Assembly (NCBI RefSeq): GCF_001194135.2
Contig: NC_068984.1
Span: 64,947,013 to 65,011,012 of the forward strand
Origin: Octopus bimaculoides
Taxonomy: Eukaryota
Reading direction: 5' to 3'
Length of the DNA: 64,000 nt
Shown: one piece after another, positions 54,618 to 64,000 of the stretch
Numbering within the stretch: the first letter of the stretch is position 1
Layout of the letters: the number at the start of each line of letters is the position of its first letter
The notes under the pieces: model-generated
What the model was told of the DNA's origin: nothing
Databases searched by the model: none
What the model saw: the letters and a program-made list of their open reading frames with translations, nothing else
Position numbers and translations under genes: made by a program

Positions 54618-56449
54618 TATACATATGTATATAATGATGTATACGCACACAAACACATTGATACATACATACATAAACAGATAGATAGATAGATATGAAT
54701 ACATATATATATATATATACATATATATAAGGTATTTTGTATTTCTTCTATTAACAAATTTAATATAAGAAAGCCTGTAATCTATCTTTTACTTCCTCAG
54801 GCTGTAACTGTTTGAAATTAACTTCTATATTCCCTTTTCAATGGACTATTATAAATTCACTAATCTATTGTTACCAAACTAATCTATTGTTACCAAAATG
54901 CATTCAATACTTAAATCATGGATAAATTTTTGTTTCACTCACAATATCACAAGTTTGTCAGACAGCACATGTATCTCTCAATCTTATACCACCTGATTGA
55001 AATACTCCTATTTATATTTGTTTTAAAGTAAATTATGAATTTTCAAATTTAAGGGATTAAATTTTATACCTTTCCACTATCATTTATATATATTCTGTAA
55101 TATCTACTTCCAAAAGCAATGCACTTGTTTCAGAATATCTGTGATATATTTTTCGCGTTCTTTCCGATCAAAACTTTTGTGCATTCTTGCATATGTTGCT
55201 TCTGAAAGGAATAACTCATCTGTAAGCTTTAGAATAAAAAAGCTGCGAAAATATTAGGGTAAAAACATTTGCTTTGTTTTGTGATGTTTTAATATCCATG
55301 CCTATTACTAACTGCACTTAATTTAATACTAACATTCACCGTTTTTGAGTGCATATGTTTCTTTAGCTAATAATATGTAATTAGTAATCACACTTGCACA
55401 ACATTAATGTTAGCACAAATAACTATTTACATTAAGAAAATTATGCCTTTTTTGTAATAATGCCAATTTTTACAATAATCTGCCTACAATAAATACACTA
55501 TAAGTCTTTGAATACAGAAACACGTTCCTAGGTACTTCCTGCTTAGTAACTGCATTTACCTTAGTAAACAAGATGTTAAGAAAAGAAAATTATATTTCAT
55601 GGCAGGAAAGTCCAAAATATCTTTGCAATTATTGTAAGCAAGCTTTATATGCCATATATAAATGTGTGTGTGTGTGCGTGTGTGTGTGTATGTGTGCATA
55701 CACATTGGGATTTTTTAGTTTTTTTCTATGTCTAAGTTAAATAGATTGATTAATTAAGTTTTATCCCTTGAGTCACATCCCTTTGAAGAATGCACTATTT
55801 AGCTTGAAACATAAAGCTATGGAAATGTAAATCCTTAAAATAGTGTGTGATTACTATGTTGTTATGACTGAAGGTGAATTTGAAGAGTACTACTTAAATC
55901 ATACAACTTCCTTTTATATACAGAAAAGAGAAATACAACAAAATTATCCACTTACATTTGGGATTTGAAAGAACATACCACTGATTTTGATATCTAGTGA
56001 AAGATGTTCAAATAATGTAGACCATATACAAAATGATCTAATGGATGTGAACTGCGTGTAATTGAAATGAAACACTTATTAAAAAATTTGAACAAACTTA
56101 TAAATTATCTAAATGCAAAATCAGGAATTTTACTAAATGCTGCCATTTTAATAAGTACATTCTAAGAAAACAGAAAACAGAAATATCACACAGCTACCTG
56201 ATAAAATGGATCAATATTTAACTAGTTATATTACACTCACTTCATGTTATTATCTTACTGAACAACAGTACAGATCAATACCCCTCTCTATTTTACCGTT
56301 CCTGATTTACTTATTATTTCCCTATTTACTATATCTTTTGCAACTCTTTAAAACTTCTTACAAATTTCCATACTACTTTAATTATACTCCATTTTATTAA
56401 TTCATATAATTTAATCATCTTTACATTATTTTATTTTTATCTTCATTTA

Positions 56450-56665
56450 TCTTTTCTTTTACTTGTTTCACTCATTTGACTGCAGCCATGCTGGGGCACT
56501 GCCTTCAAGAACTTTAGTTTAAAAAATAAACTATAGATCTTATTTTTATTAAGTCAGGCACTTATTCTATTGGTCTTTTTCGCTGAACTGCCAAGTTATG
56601 GGAAGACATAAACATACTAACACCAGTCGTAAAGTGGTTGTGGTGGGGCATACACAGACATGAGC
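56450..56665 (-). mobile_element. Family 1 SINE, 3' half
   Basis: CTTTTACTTGTTTCACTCATTTGACTGCAGCCATGCTGGGGCACTGCC...CATACACAGAC matches the family tail. Confidence 0.85.
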
Positions 56666-57748
56666 ACGCACACGTGCATGCGCGTGCACACACACACACT
56701 AAGCATTTGTACTCCATATCACAGAATCTTTTATTTGAGTTACTATTAGCAAATAATAATGTACAACTGCTTAATAATCAAAGAAAAATATTAATGCACC
56801 GGCATGAATTATATCATTTCTTTGCAATTGCAACAAATTTTGATATTATATTTATGTGATGAAATTTCTTAATTTAGGCTTATTTCATTCTGCAAAAATT
56901 TATAACAGGTTAAATCAAAACCAGTTTAAAATGAGATCACTAATTTGATGTGAAAAGTACAAGTTGGTGCATGGAAAGCTATTAATATTCGGTTACTTGA
57001 GACAGGTGAAATTTGAGTGAGGAAATATGGAAATGGATATCATAAAACAGGGTAGAAAAATTATGTGGAAGAAGATAAATGAAGAAAACTGCAGAGAAAA
57101 TGGATGTGAGAATTTCAAAAGCGAATAAAATGAAATAGAGGAAGGCTTCTTTATTGAAGCAAAACTTAGTGCACAATAAATGGGGAAAGAAAAAAAAAAT
57201 CAACAGCTCATCTGTATAGCCAACTGTACTGTTAGAGCACTGATAATTGTGTTGATGATAACAATAGAGATGATGAATGAGATAACAACTGTAATGGTAG
57301 AAAAGGTTGATACAGAAATGGATATGACATTGAAGTTGATGGTGGTGATTATGATCACAGCTATGATGGAGATGGTGGTGAACATAGAGGTTAGCACGGA
57401 GAAATTGAAGATAATATTCATGGTAGCAGTAATAATAGCAGAATGTAATTGATTATTTTGCTAGAAAAAAAAATGTGGAGATGAGAAATTAGTAGTTAGT
57501 GTTAGCGTCACTTTAAACTGTAATGTCGCACTTTGCTAAGATCAGTGCATTACTTTCAATAATCATTCATATTATTCTATATGCTTTAGTTTAATAAACT
57601 GGAAATCAAAGAACTAATGTGTTATTCTGGGTGCTCATTTTAACATCTTAGAATATTTTATGCTCTGTTTATTGTAGATGTCATGATGCACAGATATATA
57701 ACTGACTAGGATAATGAAGCAGAATAGCAGGTTTGTTTTTAAAAAAGT

Positions 57749-57909
57749 AGCAGGCATGGCTGTGTGGTAAGAAGCTTGCTTCAAAACCACATGGTTCCTG
57801 GTTCAGTCCCACTGCATGGTACCTTGGGTACATGTTCTCTGCTATAGCCTCAGGCTGACCAAAGACCTGAGAGTGGATTTGGTAGACAGAAACTGAAAGA
57901 AGCCTGTCG

Positions 57910-57998
<89 letters not shown>

Positions 57999-58206
57999 AC
58001 ATATATATGTGTGTGTGTGTGTGTTTGTCCCTCCCCATTATTGTTTGATGATCGATGTTGATGTGTTTATGTCCCCGTAACTTAGTGATCCAGCAGAAGA
58101 GTCTAACAGAATAAGTACTAGGCTTACAAAGAATAAGTCTTGTTCAACTAAAGGCAGTGCTCCATCATGGTCGCACTCAAATGACTGAAACAAGTAAAAG
58201 AATAAA
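57749..58206 (+). mobile_element. Family 1 SINE, full length, with expanded internal (AT)n(GT)n
   Basis: Head AGCAGGCATGGCTGTGTGGTAAG...GGTTCAGTCCCAC, microsatellite ~57911-58022, tail TGACTGAAACAAGTAAAAGAATAAA. Confidence 0.92.
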
Positions 58207-60554
58207 TAGTTAAAACAGAAAAAGAAACAGAATACAATCTCTGAATTATATGATATACTTTGGGTATACTGGGCACATGAAACAAGGTTAAATAATTTCT
58301 TCTTTCAGTTATCTATTAGAGAAGCTAGAATTTTATGGAGATTTAGCGATGATACCTGCTGATAAATTAGCGAACAAAATGTCAGATGTTATTTAAATCA
58401 ATTTTTGTTATTAAAATAAGGATCACTTTAAGTTCAATTTGCCAAAAAATCTGGATTCAAGATATCTCTGTGCAAATTGTATGATAGGGATTCAATTAAA
58501 TTTAGAAAAAGTAAACAATATAACACTAGCCTTACTGTAGAAAGCATTTCTGTTTATGTTATTAAATTATGAGTTCATCACCTGCAATGATGTTGAATTA
58601 TTTTGAATTTTAGTAGATTTAATATTTACACCTTTCATAACTATGACTTTGTTGCATGAGATACACAATCATACTGTAATTATCAGGCTCTCACTAACTA
58701 CATACCTAATGCAAAAAGATTTATTTCTAATATGTTTATGAAATTGCAAATATTTGTCACCTGTTACAGAACTTCATGAGCAACACATGTGTATAACGAT
58801 TAATTGGCTTTTTTCTGCAGAGCCCAACTGTTATCCAGTTATTTGTTCTTTCATATCCAACTGAATTAAAATGTTAGTTTTAAGTTAATTTGTTTTTGAT
58901 TAGTTGATAAGAGTCAACATTTAGCACAGAACTTGTGAACTGTAATCTCAAATTTAGGTAACTTAATAACAATTGCAATCTTAATAATCAGAGGTTAAAG
59001 GAGCATGTATTTAAATTGATGGAAAAACTGGTACTCTGACTGGATTCCAATTTAGAAAAAAAAAAAAAAATTTTTTTCGTAAACTTTTCTTAGATTTGTT
59101 CCGTCAATTTATTAATGGAAACTAAAATTCTTGATAGTGAGTTTTAAAATTTTTCAAGAAGTTAATATTTGAAAAAGGGTGAAAATATTGTTAGCTATTG
59201 GTTGTGAACATCTAAATCGAAGAAGGTTTGAAGAAAGAACACCAAGCAGACTGAATCAACATACATCAAAATGGAATGGAAAAAAAAAAAAAAAAAAAAA
59301 ATACATGGTGCTGGTTGGTGAGGTTTTTCATTTAAAAGTAAAATGAAAATCAGGAACAATGGTTTTTGCATGCAGGGTTATTGCATTGCTGGTTGTGATT
59401 TGATTTAACACCTGTTAGTCTTGATTCTAATCTGAAATACAAATGCAACTTTTCAAAGCATAAAGTGGCAATCACTAGAACAGGTGAACATTTTAAAGAA
59501 TAGAAAAAAAAAAAAATAGGAAAACTTTAATTATATCAGATGTACTTGGAAAATTTCTTTACTACTTTTTGAATTTACTTTCCAACTGAATAGAGACATT
59601 CAAAAAGTTAATATTCTATTGAAAGAAACAAACATATTAGAAAGTCTACACACAAAACAAGATGAAATCCTTTCTATAGTGAGAGGAGAATGTTTTATGT
59701 ACCTGGCTTATTGCTTTATTGATGTTTTATGTCCTTAAGTAGGGGCTGTAGAACAACAAACTAATCTGAATAGACTGTATGAAGCAGTAAAGAGTTTTTA
59801 TTTGTCAAATGCATAAAAAAATAAAATGAAAAAGTGAAGCTATTTGCTGAATCAAAATTGAGAAAACAATTTTCTAAAAGTAATAATAGGTCTATAATGA
59901 ATCTTGTATAGCAACAAGATTTAATATGAAGAGTTTTAACTCAACCTATGTCAGTGCTATGATTATATGGTATAATTTGAATATTTTAATGTTCATATTT
60001 GTTTACATGGGCGTATACTCTTAAACATAGGTTTAGCTTATAAAATTGCAAAACTATGGAATAAAAATCGTGTAGTTAAAGCATGTAAAAAAATGTCTAA
60101 CATTTTATTTAATTCACTTAGCTGACTTATATAATTATTGATTTTTCAACAATATATTTTTTAAATGTTTTGGTTTTGGTGAGCAAAAAAAGAATTTTGG
60201 CTTTAAAGTTGTGATTTTTTCTTAGAGGAGTAAATAGGGATAATCTTCTGGCTGTTTTATTTTTAACATTCCAGAATATCCTTCCATGTCATAAATATGA
60301 ACTAAAACTCTCAAATGTCTTCAACAAGATGTCTCTTTTCTTCTACAATATATTAACAATGTAGTGTTAATGTAAAGATAAAAATGCATAGAAAAACAAA
60401 CCCTATAAACAACCGAGCAGGAATAATTACTTTATAATATATTACTAAAGATGTAAATATGAAGATATAAAAATATCAGAAAACAGAGACACTTTTCAGT
60501 TTATATCTATACTAAAGTTAGTAAAACTCAAAATAATAACAATAATGGTGGTAT

Positions 60555-60752
60555 CCAATGTTGGCATAAGGAAGTGGTTAAGTTGATTACATCAGCTCCA
60601 ATGTTCAACTGGTATTTATTTTATCAAGTACAAAGGGAAGAAAGGCTCAGTCGATTTTGGTGGCATTTGAACCCCAAGCATAAAGGAGCCAGTAATAATG
60701 TCACTAAGGATTTTGTCCAACTTGCTAATGAGTTGACCAACTCACTGCCTCA
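60555..60752 (-). mobile_element. Family 2 SINE, degraded, between (AAT)n tracts
   Basis: TCAACTGGTATTTATTTTATC...GGCATTTGAACCC...AACTCACTGCCT. Confidence 0.8.
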
Positions 60753-60799
60753 ATAATAATAATAATAATAATAATAATCATAATAATAATAATAAAAAT

Positions 60800-61363
60800 T
60801 CCCCGATGCAGTACCAGGCAGTGGCTCTCATGGCTTCTGATTTGAACTGATTGGCAGTGTTATCATGGACATGATTTGTCTTGGTATGAAAAGACAGGCT
60901 ACAGCAAATATTCTGCTCAGTACCACAGATTTGCTTGTCAGTTGTTTGACCATAACCATTTGAGCATGTCCCTTAGTGGCTGACAATATGCGCATCTCTG
61001 TGATCACATGCAGGAGTAGTTGGGGAGCATCATAGTCATGTGTTGAGAGAAATTTTGCGGGGTTTGAATAATTCATCTCTGGAAACTTGGATGCTTAGTT
61101 CATCATTCTTAAATAACCCACATTCAGGGACCTTTTGAGCAGGATGCACTACTCAACCTGAAGGCAATTCTAACTGGGCACCACCTGCAAGGTCATGTGA
61201 TGTTTATCATGATGTAAGGTTATGTTGCACTCATATGGTTGTGATGCATGTGCCTGATGTACCCTTATCAGATGGATAATCATGATGGGTATATTAGGCT
61301 TTGTATATTTGTAGCCCAGTGTTACTTTGATGGCATGCATTGTTCTCTCACTCAATAATAATA
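60800..61363 (+). mobile_element. ~550-bp element with no recognisable coding domain, bounded by (AAT)n on both sides
   Basis: GC-richer block from CCCCGATGCAGTACCAGG to CTCTCACTC followed by AATAATAATAA; no tRNA boxes, no TIRs, no recognisable protein motif. I recall it as a common octopus repeat (unverified). Confidence 0.7.
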
Positions 61364-62587
61364 AGGAAGAGTGAGATGAAGGAAAGCTTTAGGCGAGAAT
61401 ATCTCAGAAGAACCAAATTAATTATAGAAAATAAACTCAATGGAAAGTAAACAAAGTCAGCACAATGAATATATGGGCTGTCTCCTTAATGTGATGCTTC
61501 GCAGGTATTGTTAGATGGACAATAATGACAAGAAACAAGGAACTGCACCCTAAAAGTGGTGTTGATAGACTGTATGTGTTTATTAAAAAGAAGAGATCTC
61601 ATAGGATGCAAGATCTACTGTCAATGAGGAAAACAGTGTGGGATGATGTGTTAAACAGCAGATTGTATCTTTGGTTGCTGCTGTTAGAAATAGCAGCACA
61701 ATACCAAGTGAAAAGAACTTAAGAAGCAAGATAGAGAACAAAGATTGAACAACTGGAAAATCAAAGCAATGCAAGGGCAATATCATTGAGAAATGGAAGG
61801 GAAAGACTAGACCAACACCTGGAGGTTGCAAAGGAAAAGAGATATGGAAAGGGTGCACTGAGGTATTGATATACAATGCTCAGAAACAAGCTCTGAGAAA
61901 TAATTACACCAAGAACCAAATAGATAAGAGCAGTGAATCACTCTTTGTAGGATGGTTGCATCAAAAATAAAAGAATCTCATGTAACGTGAGTGAGTATAA
62001 CAGATTAGTTCAAAAAGAATACAAGAGGAGGCATGATAACACTGGAGATTGTATGAGAAGAAAGGTCTTGAAAGGACATTGAAATGGTAGAGCATAAACC
62101 TTGTAGGGTTTTACAATTCAGTGTGATTCAGTGACTGATGCTCAGAGACCAGACATTGGTGTAGTTGATAAAAATGATGTAGGAAACCAAGATAACAGAT
62201 ATTACCATATCTGGGGATGTACAAGTGGATGATAAGGAACTGGAAAAGATTGAGAAATACAAGCCACTAAAAGATGAGACTATATGAATGTGGGCAATGA
62301 AGAAAGTAACCATTATCCCAGTAGTTGTAGGAGCACTGAGAACAATAACAAACAGGTTTAAAAAATTTGTCGTAGAAATTATGGTTAACATGAGGGTAGA
62401 ACATGCTCAGAAAACCGCTTTACTGAAGATGGCGAGGATTTTGAGATTGGTACTAGGATGTTAAATATTGTAAATAGTTGAAAGATATCTTATGAGATCC
62501 TTGACAGCAGGTTGTAGTCCACTCTTACAGAATTAGTCAAAGCAAGTGAAATAAAGAGCTCTGAGAAGTGAAATAATAATAATAATA
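61364..62587 (+). mobile_element. R4/Dong-clade non-LTR retrotransposon, 5'-truncated, internally deleted, pseudogenised
   Basis: REYLRRTKLII, AGIVRWT, ELHPKSGVDRLY, QKEYKRRHDN, then the restriction-like endonuclease RPDIGVVDK...KELEKIEKY...IIPVVVGAL...AQKTALLKMARILRLVL; (AAT)n tail at 62573-62587. Confidence 0.9.
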
Positions 62588-62980
62588 GAAAGCAAACTAT
62601 GCTGGATCATAGAAATAGTATGCCCAGCTTACAACAAGGTATGCGATAAGGAAGAAAGAAAAGTCGATAGATATGACAGGTTAGCTTGGGAGGTTAAGCA
62701 GTTGCGGTCAATGACAAAGGTGGTAGTAGTACCAATAATTGTCGGAGCCCTGGGAACAGTGAGTAAAAACCTTGAGAAGTACATGAAACAAATAGGGGTT
62801 GCAATAAGGGTTGAGCACTTGCAGAAAACAGCACTGCATGGAACTGCTCGAATACTCTGGAAGGTGCTCAAAAATAAGGGGTGTTACCTTAGTTCACTGG
62901 TAGTGAACAGCTGACACCGTAGTACATCTCCAGCGTCAAAAGCAGTGCAAAGGCAATAATGATAATAATAATAATAATAG
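62588..62980 (+). mobile_element. Second R4/Dong-type 3' fragment (different family)
   Basis: WIIEIVCPAYNKVCDKEERKVDRYDRLAWEVKQL...VVVPIIVGALGTVSK...EHLQKTALHGTARILWKVL; distinct 3' UTR; (AAT)n tail. Confidence 0.9.
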
Positions 62981-63179
62981 TCTATGTAATCTAAAATTTT
63001 AAAACAAACACATAATTTTCTTATGTTTTCTTAAACATTCTCTAGAACAATAATACGGGCAAAACCAAATATATGACCCTCTAGGGATAACACCAACATG
63101 AACTTCTAACTTGTTGTCTCATGAGGTCTCTGAGTAAGACTTGGAGCCAACTTGTACAAATACAAAGCAAAAATCAGAC

Positions 63180-63213
<34 letters not shown>
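62981..63213 (+). mobile_element. Probable third (TAA)n-tailed LINE 3' UTR fragment
   Basis: Starts right after the previous tail and ends GAGGTCTCTGAGTAAGACTTGGAGCC...GACATAT(AAT)n. Family assignment is recollection and inference. Confidence 0.6.
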
Positions 63214-63214
<1 letters not shown>

Positions 63215-63781
63215 GTAAACACTTAAACATTGGAAAATTTTTCTATTATATGAAACAAAATTAATGCAAAGTCATAATATCTAAAGTGAATTTGAATATT
63301 ATTATATAAAAGAATACATAATAAGGATATTTGTTAGTATTTGTATAAACATGTTCTACTAGAAGAATTTCAAATAAATGTTTTCATAAAGTGACAAACT
63401 TTCAACAATCTGAAGTGCTACTAGTAGTAGCAATTCAGTCACAAGATGTAAAATCACTGCAATAGATAATAAAAGCAATGCATAACAAGTCACTAGGTAC
63501 AAAATCTCAAAAGAATCTGTCATAAAGGTCAAAAGGTATAGAACCTTGTATCTGCAGACATTTCCTATAAGCTTAGTAATACCAAACATTTTGGAGGATA
63601 ATTCCATGTCTTTAACCATGTTAATCCCAAAACAGGATGGTCTGACATCAAACTCTCAAACTGTAGAAAGTTAATGGAAACTTGAATAAAACCAAATATT
63701 CAACACACTCTACATAATCTCAGAATATTTACTGTTTGATGCACAAGTTTCTAGTATGAATAACTGGCATTGTTTTCTTAG

Positions 63782-63851
63782 GAAAAGTGAAAAACAATCT
63801 GAAAATTTATAGTAACTATAAGATGATTGAAGGAAACATGGAAAAAATGAG
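63782..63851 (+). CDS. Candidate internal exon (70 bp)
   Basis: Acceptor gcattgttttcttag and donor GAG|gtaagt; open frame (G)KVKNNLKIYSNYKMIEGNMEKM(R). No homology recognised. Confidence 0.4.
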
Positions 63852-64000
63852 GTAAGTAAATAGTTACTGAGAAAAACCTGCTGTTACAAATCACGAACTC
63901 ATATGTATACAATAAGCTCCCACCATATCACTGTCATAGTCTGATATGACAGACTGCAAATATTGGTAAAAGTTAAAGCTATTCTACTTTTATATATTTA

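Noticed and set aside
57180-57452. 90-aa ORF rich in M/V/I/T/E and its antisense partner
   Set aside because: Decayed (GAT/GGT)n trinucleotide tract.
58300-58410. YLLEKLEFYG resembles LINE RT LLxKLxxYG
   Set aside because: Too short, with no other RT motifs nearby.
59520-59837. 106-codon plus frame with a single internal TAA
   Set aside because: A rough estimate gives several such frames by chance in a window this size, and no consistent splice solution exists.
63359-63619. 86-aa hydrophobic minus-strand ORF resembling a membrane protein
   Set aside because: Hydrophobic bias is expected from T-rich sequence; no motif or splice support.

Overview
Very AT-rich, microsatellite-dense animal genomic DNA. 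The SINE families and the (AT)n/(CA)n/(TAA)n density suggest a coleoid cephalopod, most likely Octopus; this is inferred from recalled repeat families, not from a search. No protein-coding gene can be named, and only a few low-confidence candidate exons and one promoter-like motif cluster (~53.76-53.94 kb) are visible. The recognisable content is mostly mobile DNA: at least four SINE or SINE-like families, RTE-clade LINE remnants, an internally deleted Ty3/Gypsy LTR element (40619-43528) with both LTRs, a tRNA-Ser-type PBS and a PPT, a ~450-bp fold-back element (8978-9431), a probable Penelope-like 3' remnant with a decayed hammerhead-ribozyme core (40080-40110), and a head-to-tail pile-up of (TAA)n-tailed R4/Dong-type retroelements (60.5-63.2 kb). 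Eight N-gaps all abut (AT)n tracts, and the long ORFs in the track that run through N or dinucleotide repeats are artefacts. I see no convincing wholly new biological system. The best leads are the (TAA)n-associated retroelement array with its ORF-less 550-bp member, the fold-back element and the hammerhead-like motif.
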